Shown: positions 28,634 to 38,018 of the stretch, one piece after another
Layout: each line of letters opens with the position of its first letter
Position numbering within the stretch: position 1 is the stretch's first letter
Assembly (NCBI GenBank): GCA_964462785.1
Contig: CAYWZA010000003.1
Coordinates: 1 to 64,000 of the forward strand
Reading direction: 5' to 3'
DNA from: an uncultured Candidatus Saccharibacteria bacterium
Lineage (GTDB): Bacteria; Patescibacteriota; Minisyncoccia; Phycocordibacterales; UBA2100
Length of the DNA: 64,000 bases
Translations under genes and position numbers: made by a program
Notes under the pieces: generated by a model
What the model was told of the DNA's origin: nothing
The model's database searches: none
The model's input: the letters and a program-made list of their open reading frames with translations, nothing else

Positions 28634-28925
28634 GTGTGCATCCTACCTTATTTTTCTCCTGCGCGCAGGTTACATCAAAAGCGGCTTAAACACAAAGGAC
28701 CCCGCACTCATATGCCTTTTTTAAAGCAGCTGAGTGCGGGGCCCTTCCGGCGCGAGCATGCAAAGCCTGGGAATTGGTCCAGGTGGGTGCCCAGGGTGCA
28801 CGCCAAGGCGTGCATCTTCCGTGATGGCTCCCTTAGTTTGCCAAGCAGGTTTAATGCCCGTGCCTACCGTAAATGATAGCACCTGCGTGTAGAGCGCAAG
28901 TGTGCATAAATAAGAAAATAATGAA

Positions 28926-28959
28926 CCCGACGAGAACGTGTTGTCTCATCGGGTTTTTT
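28926..28959. terminator. Bidirectional intrinsic terminator hairpin (CCCGACGAGA...TCTCATCGGG followed by TTTTTT)
   Basis: Stem of 9/10 bp with T-tracts on both strands, adjacent to the stop of the 28966-29172 gene. Confidence 0.5.
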
Positions 28960-28965
28960 GCTTCT

Positions 28966-29172
28966 CTATTCAGACAGGGTTTTTCGATTACGAAACAAAA
29001 ACGCTGTGCCGGACAGTATTGCACACACATAGCCAAAGCGCACCGCTATCACGCTATCCGCACTAAACATTCCGGCGACGAGTGCTCCGATCGCCAGCCC
29101 GAGTGCCATGACGGCAGCAAGTGCCACAGTGAGCTTCAGTGCTTTCCAAAATTGCGCTGCGATGTGTTCCAC
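28966..29172 (-). CDS. Small membrane protein (hypothetical)
   Basis: 68-aa ORF with two hydrophobic helices. Confidence 0.35.
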   Translation of the reverse strand: MEHIAAQFWKALKLTVALAAVMALGLAIGALVAGMFSADSVIAVRFGYVCAILSGTAFLFRNRKTLSE

Positions 29173-29211
29173 GATACACCTCTCTGGTTCTCTGCTGAAA
29201 ACACTATATCG

Positions 29212-29814
29212 CTACTCAAGTATGCCGTCGAGGTTTACGTCGTAGAGAATTGCCTCGGGAATCAGTCGATAATTGACTATGTCCTCGGCGGTGAGCCATA
29301 AAGCAATTTCGCGCTCTGCGTCCCCCACATTATCCGAACAGTGGATGAGGTTGCGCACCGCGCGGTCGTCCACGGCGGCAATCGCGTACGAATCGAGTGT
29401 GAGATCGCCACGAATGGTTCCCACGTCCGACGTGGAAGGTTCTGTCTCCCCCACCAACTTCTTTACCACCGCGACAGCCTGATTGCCCTGAAACGCCATC
29501 ATGACCGTGGGGCCTGCCATCATAAATTTCACCAGGGCGCGGATAATGTCCTTGCCGTATTCAAGCGGCTCCTTGTCCGCTTCAAGACCGGCTGCTTTTC
29601 TATCTTCAATAATCTTGGTTCCTTTCTTTAAAAACCACGCATCATCTTTGTTGTAGTGTTCCCAGAGCTTTTTCTCATTAAGCATGCCGAATTTCATGCT
29701 GATAAGCTTGAGCCCCGTGCGTTCAAAACGCTTTAAGATTTCACCGACAAGCGAACGCTGCACGCCATCGGGCTTCACGATCACAAATGTTCGTTCAGAT
29801 TTAAAATGAGCCAT
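29212..29814 (-). CDS. ndk: Nucleoside diphosphate kinase (with an insertion)
   Basis: ERTFVIVKPDGVQR and NLIHCSD (NxxHxSD) motifs. Confidence 0.85.
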   Translation of the reverse strand: MAHFKSERTFVIVKPDGVQRSLVGEILKRFERTGLKLISMKFGMLNEKKLWEHYNKDDAWFLKKGTKIIEDRKAAGLEADKEPLEYGKDIIRALVKFMMAGPTVMMAFQGNQAVAVVKKLVGETEPSTSDVGTIRGDLTLDSYAIAAVDDRAVRNLIHCSDNVGDAEREIALWLTAEDIVNYRLIPEAILYDVNLDGILE

Positions 29815-32605
29815 AACTGTTTGCTAAATTATCGGGTGGTAATGCGTTTGTACTATACCGCGCTTTTATCTCCGCCTCAACCTCTTCTCGCGGGCGACCA
29901 TACTGCTCGTACGAGCGTTGTTTGAGGTACTCAATGCGCGTATAGTCTGCGGTGTCTGGTTTGAGCGTCTGCATATTGAATGGCTTCACCGGTTTACCGT
30001 GGACCAAGAGCGACATGTAGGCATTGAAATTATCGAGGTGCATGATGTCGCTCGCGTTGAATTCCGGCATAAACATCTTCTCCAAAAACTCGGCGTCTTT
30101 TTCACCCACACGGAATACGCAGCGCGTACCCACGTTGCCAAACACCGAGTCGCGGATATCGTCGGTGAGCTGATCGATAAATTGATGCGCAATAGTAAGC
30201 ACCAATTTATATTTACGCGCCTCAGAAAGAATGGTGGAAATCGAAGGCGTGGTGAAATTTTGGAATTCATCTATGTAGAGATAGAAGGGATTCATTTCTT
30301 CGCGCCCCACCATATCAACGCGTGAAAATGCCGCATTCAATATCTTGCCGACGAAAATAAGTCCGAGGAGCGATGTGTTCATCTCGCCGAGTTTGCCTTT
30401 CGCAAGATTGATGAGCAAAATCTTCTTCTCATCCATTACCTTTCTGAAATCGAATGCCGAATGTTCCTGCGCAATAATAGGGCGCATAATTTCGTTGGCG
30501 AGAAAGATGTCGAATTTGTTGGTGACATACTGCGCGAAGTTCTCAAGCGACTGCTCGCCCTGCGTCTTGGTCGCAATATCGCGCCAAAACTGCACTAACA
30601 GAGGATTCTGACACTTCGAGAGCTTCAGATCCCGGAACTGCGGGTTTGCAAATATGCGTGTGATGTCCACCATGGTGTTCCCTGACGCAGGATCCTCCAT
30701 GACCAAGAGCGTGGAGTTTCTGAAATACTGCTCAAATGCCGGTCCAACAGCCCCCTCCACATGCCCGTATAACTTTTGGAATATGCCAAACAGCTCATCT
30801 ACGAGAAATGTTTTTTGTTCGGGGAAACGCGTATCGTATTCGAGCATGTTGAGCCCCATGGGGCGCGGATAGTAGCCCGGATCAAAGTAGATAAGATCCT
30901 TTTCCCGCTCGGGCGGTACGGCGGCAAGCACGTCTTGAATGTCAGATCCGTGCGGATCGATGTAGCACACCCCTTTCCCGCTGAGAATATCCTGAATGAT
31001 CATGTTCTTCATGAGCGTGGTCTTACCGGTGCCGGTCTGCCCCACTACATACATGTGACGAAGACGATCTTCTTCTGAAAAGAAGATTTTCTTTTCAGCC
31101 GCGCCAAATCGATTGCTGCCGAGGACGATGCCGTCTTCCGGCATATCCGTCGGCGGCGGTGATTGTTTGGAGCGCGATTGCTTGAGCTCGCGCGATGTGC
31201 GCACGCCTTCGGCAGTAAGATGATAAATGGAGGTGAGCTCGGCAAAATTGAGCGGGAGCGCGCGGGAAGCCTCGGGCAAGCGCATGACGAAATTGTGCAA
31301 TTCGCCCTTCGTCGCCCACCATGATGCTTCCTGAAAGACGATGCTGTTCCCCTGCGGGTCTTCAAACTGATTGAATGTGGAAGCGAGATTGGCGATGATA
31401 TCGCGCGCGCGTTCCTCGTGCCCCGCAGATGCGATGAGGCGGATGTTAACCGGCACAATGCGCGTCTTGAGCTTCTTTTGCACGCGCTCGGTCGCCTCTT
31501 GCTCGGGATTGTGCTCTTCTTTTTTCTTCTCACTCGTGAAGAGTGCTTTTGCAAAGTCATCAGCCACCTCGCCGATGCGACTTTCCGGCACCTTCACCGC
31601 TTTCTTGAACTTCTTTCCTTTGTGCAGCTCCTTGAGAATTTTTTTGTAATGCTTGCTGTACCGCTCCCCTTCGTTGCCAACGATGATCTGAATTGCAGCG
31701 CCTTCGCCATACTTTTTGAGTTTGCCGAATGCCGAAAGCAACACGTTCATCGGATCGTGTTTGAAATCCTCGTAGGTGCGTATGGGGAGCGACGGGTGCT
31801 CAGGTAATGTGGCATACGCAACGGCATGATACCCTTCGTTATTAAAAATATTGTAGTCACCGCGTGTTTCGGTTATTTTTGCATTCGGAAATATGGAGAG
31901 CACGTGCCTCTCAAACAAGTCGCGCTTCTTTGTCGGTACTGCCATGTAGAAAATAGCATCCTCAGTCCCCTGCGGCACGGCAATTTCCAGAGAAAACACA
32001 TTCTGCCTGCTATCGCTATTGCCGCTCGCAATTGCCAAAAGCCCCGCATAGAGCTGCTCCATCGAAGCGAGCAGGTGCTCAAGCCCTTGCTGATCTTCTT
32101 CGCGCTTGAAAGCGCCTTGCGGGTGTACTTCATAGAGCGTCATGTTGAGCGCACGCCATGTCTGACTCGATTCGAGATTGCGTGACACTATATTTCCTCC
32201 GACAGGAAGCCCCTCGGCAATATAGCGCACTAGCGCGCGATGCAGATCATCTTCGATGTGTGGGTTTTCCATTTTTGCGGCAACGGTAAGCGCATTTCTG
32301 ATGCCGCGCTCGGCAACTATCCGCAATAGTGCATCAATCTGCGTATCGTGCTCCTCGGGCTCAAGCCGCAAGGCTTCGCGCATAGCATCATGCTCAGGCA
32401 TCGCCACCGTCTCGTGAAGCACCGTCGTGGGAGACATATCCGCATAGCGCACAATCTCGCGTTTCGCGATACGCTCTTGCTCGAAGTTATTTTCAGGCAG
32501 CGATAGCTCCTTTTCTTTTTCCTCAATCCGCTCGCGCAAATACGCAATTTCCTCCTGCGGTGTGCGGAATTTCTGCGCTTCCGGCGCTCGTGTCCTCGGT
32601 TCCAT
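29801..32605 (-). CDS. VirD4/TraG-like (T4SS DNA-binding / DUF87-type) P-loop ATPase, 934 aa
   Basis: Walker A VGQTGTGKTT, IDPHG, Walker B YIDEFQNF and TIAHQ motifs in the C-terminal half. Long N-terminal extension. Confidence 0.55.
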   Translation of the reverse strand: MEPRTRAPEAQKFRTPQEEIAYLRERIEEKEKELSLPENNFEQERIAKREIVRYADMSPTTVLHETVAMPEHDAMREALRLEPEEHDTQIDALLRIVAERGIRNALTVAAKMENPHIEDDLHRALVRYIAEGLPVGGNIVSRNLESSQTWRALNMTLYEVHPQGAFKREEDQQGLEHLLASMEQLYAGLLAIASGNSDSRQNVFSLEIAVPQGTEDAIFYMAVPTKKRDLFERHVLSIFPNAKITETRGDYNIFNNEGYHAVAYATLPEHPSLPIRTYEDFKHDPMNVLLSAFGKLKKYGEGAAIQIIVGNEGERYSKHYKKILKELHKGKKFKKAVKVPESRIGEVADDFAKALFTSEKKKEEHNPEQEATERVQKKLKTRIVPVNIRLIASAGHEERARDIIANLASTFNQFEDPQGNSIVFQEASWWATKGELHNFVMRLPEASRALPLNFAELTSIYHLTAEGVRTSRELKQSRSKQSPPPTDMPEDGIVLGSNRFGAAEKKIFFSEEDRLRHMYVVGQTGTGKTTLMKNMIIQDILSGKGVCYIDPHGSDIQDVLAAVPPEREKDLIYFDPGYYPRPMGLNMLEYDTRFPEQKTFLVDELFGIFQKLYGHVEGAVGPAFEQYFRNSTLLVMEDPASGNTMVDITRIFANPQFRDLKLSKCQNPLLVQFWRDIATKTQGEQSLENFAQYVTNKFDIFLANEIMRPIIAQEHSAFDFRKVMDEKKILLINLAKGKLGEMNTSLLGLIFVGKILNAAFSRVDMVGREEMNPFYLYIDEFQNFTTPSISTILSEARKYKLVLTIAHQFIDQLTDDIRDSVFGNVGTRCVFRVGEKDAEFLEKMFMPEFNASDIMHLDNFNAYMSLLVHGKPVKPFNMQTLKPDTADYTRIEYLKQRSYEQYGRPREEVEAEIKARYSTNALPPDNLANSYGSF

Positions 32606-32631
32606 GTGATAAGTATAGCGCGAGAATGTGC

Positions 32632-33396
32632 CTATGCGGTCAGTATCTCCGCCCCATTCTTGCCGACAATAACCGTGTGTTCGACATGTACAGATTTTGA
32701 GCCGTCTTTGGTGCGATAAGTGTAACCGTCTTTGTCGAGATATATTTTGTTTCCGCCGAGCATAAACATCGGCTCGATGGCGATGACCATCCCCTCGACA
32801 AGCTCCTCCCCCGTTCCCGCCGGACCAAAATTGGCAATGAACGGCTCCTCATGCACCGCACGTCCAACGCTGTGCCCTCCCAACTCGCGTGGCGCGCCGT
32901 AGCCATACTTTTTCTGCACAGCTTCAATGGCGGCACCGATGTCGCCCACGTGATTCCCCGCTCGCGCAGCACGTATCCCCGCATCAAGCGCTTCATACGC
33001 GACTGCAATCAATTTCTTTTCCTCGACACTTCCCGATCCCGCGATCACACACAGCGCGGCATCGGTGATGAACCCCTGATAGGTAAAACCGCAATCAACA
33101 GACACGACATCTCCTTCCGCAAGGGTGACAGGTTCTTCGTTTGGTATGCCATGCACGATAGCGTCGTTGACTGAAACGCAGAGCGCTGCGGGGTATGGTC
33201 GGCGTGCACCTGCCGGTTTGTAATTGAGAAATGACGGGGTGCCCCCCATCTCTTCGATGAGCCGACGCGCCTCGTCTTCGAGTTCTTGTGTGGAAATGCC
33301 CGGCACCACCATTGCGGCAATCTGTTTTAAAATAGCAGCGTGCTTTTTACCACCCTCGCGGAGTGTTGCGCGCTCACCGTCGTTCTGCACTATCAT
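32632..33396 (-). CDS. map: Methionine aminopeptidase type I
   Basis: Conserved metal-ligand blocks (DAIVHGIP, VSVDCG, HSVG, IEPM). Confidence 0.9.
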   Translation of the reverse strand: MIVQNDGERATLREGGKKHAAILKQIAAMVVPGISTQELEDEARRLIEEMGGTPSFLNYKPAGARRPYPAALCVSVNDAIVHGIPNEEPVTLAEGDVVSVDCGFTYQGFITDAALCVIAGSGSVEEKKLIAVAYEALDAGIRAARAGNHVGDIGAAIEAVQKKYGYGAPRELGGHSVGRAVHEEPFIANFGPAGTGEELVEGMVIAIEPMFMLGGNKIYLDKDGYTYRTKDGSKSVHVEHTVIVGKNGAEILTA

Positions 33397-34013
33397 GAAG
33401 ACAAACCTAACACGGCTAGTATGTTTTTGTGAATCTCTGCGATTGAGGGGTTGCCGTCTACGACGTGAATGGTGCGCCCGCGACGACGCAATTCCTCAAG
33501 CGCCGGCAGTGTTTCAGATTTGTACCACTCGAAGCGTTTTTGGATTTGTTTTTCTGCATCATCATTCCGATGCCGCAGCGCCATGCGCTTGCGCGCCTCG
33601 TCTTCGGTGATGTCGAGCATGATGATGTGATAATCAAGCCGATCGTAAAAAGCGAGGGCATCATCAAGCACCATTGATTGCTCAATTCGGCGTGCTACCC
33701 CATCGAAAATGAGATGCTCACGGCCGGTAAATTCGCCGAGAAAGAATGAGGTGATGATATGTGAGGGGATGAAAGCGGGTAGCAGTGCCCCTGAGTTTAT
33801 GATGTTCCCCACGCGTTTATTTGCCTCGCCCGTCCCCGCCGCGAACCCGCGGAGCCGATCGCCCATTTCGAGCTTCAACACATTCTCATCGCTGTTGCGC
33901 ACCAAAAAATCATCGAGTGCCGCCGCCTGTGCGCCCTTGCCCGAACCCTGTATACCGAAAAAAACGACCGTGATTGGTCGTACCAGCTTCTCATCGAGAG
34001 TTTGTATCATCAC
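33393..34013 (-). CDS. adk: Adenylate kinase-family nucleoside monophosphate kinase
   Basis: P-loop GIQGSGKGAQA, RHRNDD and LID-like region, C-terminal VDGNPSIAEIH. Confidence 0.7.
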   Translation of the reverse strand: MMIQTLDEKLVRPITVVFFGIQGSGKGAQAAALDDFLVRNSDENVLKLEMGDRLRGFAAGTGEANKRVGNIINSGALLPAFIPSHIITSFFLGEFTGREHLIFDGVARRIEQSMVLDDALAFYDRLDYHIIMLDITEDEARKRMALRHRNDDAEKQIQKRFEWYKSETLPALEELRRRGRTIHVVDGNPSIAEIHKNILAVLGLSS

Positions 34014-34627
34014 TCTTGAAGATACCCCTCTTTTCTTAAAATTTCAATCACCTTATCAACCGTCTGCTCAAGCCTCCCCTCCTCGTTTACCACGCGATAA
34101 TCATACAGCGGCGCATCATCGGCAATTTCCCGCCGCGCAACAGTAAGGCGTTTCTCAAGTTCATCATGAGACATACCGGCATTACGCGCGCGAATACGGG
34201 CTTCAAGCGCCTCAAATGCCGGGGGAAGAATAAATATCGCCAGCGTATCGAAATGTGCTTTCAAAAAACGTACGCCTTCGATATTGAGATCACCCATAGC
34301 GATGTCGCCTCGTGCTATGCGCGTAGCTAAATCGGGCATATAGGTGCCGTATCGCGCCCTTGTCGTCGGGTGCACGCGAAATTCAGGAATGGTGCCATTC
34401 GCGACGTGAGTATCAAACTCACTGTCTGACATAAAATGGTAATCAACGCCGTTACGCTCTTGCGGACGTGGTGGGCGCGTTGTTGCGGTAACTATTTCAG
34501 AACACTGCGGGTACTTCGCAATAATGCTGCTGATAATGCTATTCTTGCCAACCCCGCTGGGACCAGCAATGACCACCACCTTACCTTTTGCATCAGAGGG
34601 CATATCCTTCCTCGCGCAGTTTTTCAA
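34010..34627 (-). CDS. gmk: Guanylate kinase
   Basis: GPSGVGKNS P-loop and TTRPPRPQERNGVDYHF motif. Confidence 0.85.
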   Translation of the reverse strand: MKNCARKDMPSDAKGKVVVIAGPSGVGKNSIISSIIAKYPQCSEIVTATTRPPRPQERNGVDYHFMSDSEFDTHVANGTIPEFRVHPTTRARYGTYMPDLATRIARGDIAMGDLNIEGVRFLKAHFDTLAIFILPPAFEALEARIRARNAGMSHDELEKRLTVARREIADDAPLYDYRVVNEEGRLEQTVDKVIEILRKEGYLQE

Positions 34628-35180
34628 TAATTTTTAGGATGGTGTCCGCAAATTCACCGTCATCATTAAACACCACGTAGTCGTAATGATGTTCCGCTTC
34701 GAGCATTTCTTGCGCGGCATTCAGCAATCGCGATATCACTTCGTCCTTCGCAATCGAGGGATCTCGCCTGATGATGCGATCGTACAGTGTGTTCATCGAT
34801 TTTGGTTTGATGAACACGGTAATGGCATCATATTTTTCCTTGAAGAACCGCGCGCCGGCAAGATCGGTGTTTACGATCACCGTCTTTCCCGATTGCAACC
34901 GCTTTTCAAGATCGGGAATATATGTGCCGTAGTGCGCGTCTCGATTCTTCACATACGTGTGCTCCGCGATGTTTCCCGACTGTACTTCCTCAAAAAATTT
35001 CTCTTTCGTCATGAAGTAGTAGTCCTCGCCTTCGCGCTCACCCGACCTCGGCGCACGCGTGGTCGCTGACACAGCGCGCGTGAAATTCGGGTATGCGAGC
35101 ATCAACTCCTCGGTGAATGTAGTTTCCCCCGATCCCGATGGTCCTGCGATGACGACGACTTGGCGTTTCTTCTGCATCAT
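34593..35180 (-). CDS. Guanylate kinase paralog
   Basis: GPSGSGETT P-loop and TTRAPRSGEREGEDYYF motif; tandem to gmk. Confidence 0.75.
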   Translation of the reverse strand: MMQKKRQVVVIAGPSGSGETTFTEELMLAYPNFTRAVSATTRAPRSGEREGEDYYFMTKEKFFEEVQSGNIAEHTYVKNRDAHYGTYIPDLEKRLQSGKTVIVNTDLAGARFFKEKYDAITVFIKPKSMNTLYDRIIRRDPSIAKDEVISRLLNAAQEMLEAEHHYDYVVFNDDGEFADTILKIIEKLREEGYAL

Positions 35181-35199
35181 ATACTAGCCATGATACCAG

Positions 35200-35733
35200 C
35201 TATTTCAGGAGCTCCTCAATTTTTTGCTTTACAGCATCTGCCGGCATAGGGCCATGCTGATGGAATACCACATCGCCCCAGCTGTTGATGAAAAGGGTTT
35301 CGGGCATAGCATACCCGCTCATTTGTTTATACAGCGCATCGTCAGGGTCGAGTAAGAATATGATCTTATTTGCGCCGCGCAGCTTATCAGAGAAAGCGCG
35401 GGCATCGGCATAGGGCTCTGCCCGATTGACCGCTACGATGTGCACATCGTCTCCAAATGTATCTTTCATTTCGGCGAGGCGCTCCAGCTCTGCCGCACAG
35501 TACGGGCACCACGATGCCCATATATACACGAGCAAAACCTTCCGCTTAAATTCGGAGAGTCGCACATCGTTGCCTCCATAATCTTTAAGCGTAATGCCGT
35601 ATTCCTCTTTGAAGGAGCTCTCACCCTGTGGCGTGCGCCAAAAGCCGAAATAGAAATGGAGTATCGCTCCGAGGGCGATCAGACATATCACTCCGCCAAT
35701 GACTATTCTTTTTTCATAAAATATACGCTGCAT
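35200..35733 (-). CDS. TlpA/ResA-like thiol-disulfide oxidoreductase (membrane-anchored thioredoxin fold)
   Basis: N-terminal TM helix and WASWCPYC CxxC motif. Confidence 0.75.
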   Translation of the reverse strand: MQRIFYEKRIVIGGVICLIALGAILHFYFGFWRTPQGESSFKEEYGITLKDYGGNDVRLSEFKRKVLLVYIWASWCPYCAAELERLAEMKDTFGDDVHIVAVNRAEPYADARAFSDKLRGANKIIFLLDPDDALYKQMSGYAMPETLFINSWGDVVFHQHGPMPADAVKQKIEELLK

Positions 35734-35807
35734 AAGTAGTTGGAGTCCCTATTATCTAGGAAAAATAGGTCTTATCAAGGATTCTGGCAACAGCGCTCCG
35801 CCAGCAC

Positions 35808-37583
35808 TTACCCAGTCCAGTTAAATAACAAGATCGAAAAATCCGCCAAATTCACCTTGCCATCTCCACTGAAATCAGCTCCGAGATCGTTCGTGCCCCA
35901 TGAGGACAACATAATTGAGAAGTCAACGAGGTTAACCTTTTGATCACCATTGATGTCGGTTTTGAGAGATGACGCGCTGCGTGCCGCAGATTCCCCAACA
36001 CCGATGAATGTCGGTCCGCTCAATTCGCTTTGCAATTGACTGCTGATAACTGTTCGTGCACGTATGTCGTATGTACCACGTGAGAAATCCTTCCCGTTCA
36101 CGGCAATGACCCAGCTGCCATCCGGCACCTGTGCCCCTCGCCCCTTTGAGGCGGTGGCGGTGAATTTCTTCGCTTCCGCCAAACTACTGCCCTGTCGTCG
36201 TATGAACACCTCGACAGTACTCCCCGGAACACTCTCCCCGACGATATCGAATGATTCTCCGACAGCAAGTGCTGTCTTGCTTGGCGCAAACGTCGGGGCG
36301 AGCACCACATTCGAAATGCTGTTACTCGTACCCGCAGCAATGGCAAGAGTTGAAGAAAACGACGCTGATCGTCGTTTACGCACATCGTCGGCATAGAGCA
36401 TAAATGTATACGTGCCACGCTCTATACTCGGCAATATTGCCTTAAAATTTCCGTCTATGCCTGCCTGTGTGGTCATTTGTATCTTGCCATCTCTCAAAAT
36501 GGTGACGGTGCTGAGTGGCGAGGACCACCCTGACACATTGACGGTAGATAGGTGGAGCAACGAACTCCCGCCCCGAAAGGTGCCAGCGCCACCCGGTCCG
36601 GCACTCGGAAGTGTTACCGAAGAATCAAATTCGGGTGTGGGATTTAACGTAAAAGTAATTGCGTAGTCAGTAGTATTTTTTGTCTGATCAACGGTAATGC
36701 ATCGCACGTAGTAGTTGTAGGTCGTGTTGTTTTGATGGTTGTCGATTGTCTTATGGTGAATGGTTGATGACGAATTGCCAACCGTAAAGGTATTCGTCAT
36801 CGAATCGTAGTCGACGCCGGTTGTCGTCGCGTAACGACACGTGGCTGTATTATCTGTATCGAGAGCAATTTCAATTGAGGGGTGATTGGCTTCGACAGCG
36901 CCGGACGGGCGCCCGTTGGAGCGTACCGGCGCAGTCGATACGATTGTTCCTGTTACGGTCACCTGGCTAATGATTGCAATCATGGCGGTTGCGGTATCTA
37001 TGGTGGCATCCAATTGATCTTTAGTCGCAAGCGCAATGCGATATGAACCAGTCGAAGCGGTGTTCGTAATGTTTTGATCCCCCGCGACTCCCGCTGTCGC
37101 AATAGTCCCCAGCTGTATTTCTACGACACTGCCCGCCCCAATGCCCGTAGTTGCATTGAGCGTGATGGTGATGGATCCGCTGCTGCCTGTCACCACAGCG
37201 ACCCCGTCGTTTGCTGCGCTAGCGCTCGCGGCGAGTGAGCGATCAGAGGATGAGACAGCGAGATCGACATCGGTGTAGTCAAACGCGGATGGAATGGTGA
37301 GCGCACCTGCCGCGGGAGTGATGAGTATTTTCCCCGAAGCGGGAATGGCATTGGTGGCGGTAAATTGAATGGTGTGCATCGTACTGGTTGCTGGAGCTGA
37401 ATTGCCGATCGTATCGCTCACCATGGTGAGTGATGCGGCATGCGTGTATGGAGCCCATGCCAAAAAGCACGCCAGAGAAAAAAGCACGCAACACAATCGT
37501 GCGGTCATCATCATTACTATTATAAGCCTATTATTGATACGGGCTCCGCGCACCTTACCCACGTCGCCGTAAATCAACCGCAA
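35808..37583 (-). CDS. Secreted Ser/Thr/Ala-rich surface protein with a C-terminal dockerin-like domain
   Basis: Signal peptide; the likely start is an internal Met near 37514. C-terminal duplicated DxNxDxxVNxxD repeats (DINGDQKVNLVDFSIML...DFSGDGKVNLADFSILL). Confidence 0.6.
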   Translation of the reverse strand: MRLIYGDVGKVRGARINNRLIIVMMMTARLCCVLFSLACFLAWAPYTHAASLTMVSDTIGNSAPATSTMHTIQFTATNAIPASGKILITPAAGALTIPSAFDYTDVDLAVSSSDRSLAASASAANDGVAVVTGSSGSITITLNATTGIGAGSVVEIQLGTIATAGVAGDQNITNTASTGSYRIALATKDQLDATIDTATAMIAIISQVTVTGTIVSTAPVRSNGRPSGAVEANHPSIEIALDTDNTATCRYATTTGVDYDSMTNTFTVGNSSSTIHHKTIDNHQNNTTYNYYVRCITVDQTKNTTDYAITFTLNPTPEFDSSVTLPSAGPGGAGTFRGGSSLLHLSTVNVSGWSSPLSTVTILRDGKIQMTTQAGIDGNFKAILPSIERGTYTFMLYADDVRKRRSASFSSTLAIAAGTSNSISNVVLAPTFAPSKTALAVGESFDIVGESVPGSTVEVFIRRQGSSLAEAKKFTATASKGRGAQVPDGSWVIAVNGKDFSRGTYDIRARTVISSQLQSELSGPTFIGVGESAARSASSLKTDINGDQKVNLVDFSIMLSSWGTNDLGADFSGDGKVNLADFSILLFNWTG

Positions 37584-38010
37584 ATGTCGCGGCGCTCACA
37601 CTCGCGAATGGAGCGTAACCCCTACGCCAGTCGAGGTAGAAATTTGCCCCCACAAGTGCCGCGAGCACCACGCTCATGGCAAAGCTCGCGAGCGCCAACA
37701 TCTCCGCATTCCTATCTCCACCGGTCATACGTTCCTCAAATGCGCGGACAGCGTCCTCCCTGGCACGAAGTTCTTCTTCTTTTGCTAACAGCTCTACTGC
37801 GGCTGTGTTGTAAGGGTTTGGATCAACCGATGCCGCTACCCCCACCACCGCACTCGCCACCATCGTGTGCGCGGTGCGCGCCAGCGTTTGTGGAGAAACA
37901 CTGGTCACTGCATATCCGAATAGCAATACAGACGCGATAATGCCCACTGCCTGAAAACTATGGCGCCGCGAGACATGTGCTTGTGTGTAGGATCTATGCA
38001 TCGTAATCAA
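37555..38010 (-). CDS. Membrane protein with a coiled-coil segment (hypothetical)
   Basis: Two to three hydrophobic helices. Confidence 0.4.
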   Translation of the reverse strand: MITMHRSYTQAHVSRRHSFQAVGIIASVLLFGYAVTSVSPQTLARTAHTMVASAVVGVAASVDPNPYNTAAVELLAKEEELRAREDAVRAFEERMTGGDRNAEMLALASFAMSVVLAALVGANFYLDWRRGYAPFASVSAATFAVDLRRRG

Positions 38011-38018
38011 TGCGAATA

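Noticed and set aside
28634-29301. Plus-strand ORFs 28634-28876 and 28873-29301
   Set aside because: They overlap the minus-strand small membrane-protein gene and a terminator-rich intergenic region. Basic, low-complexity products.
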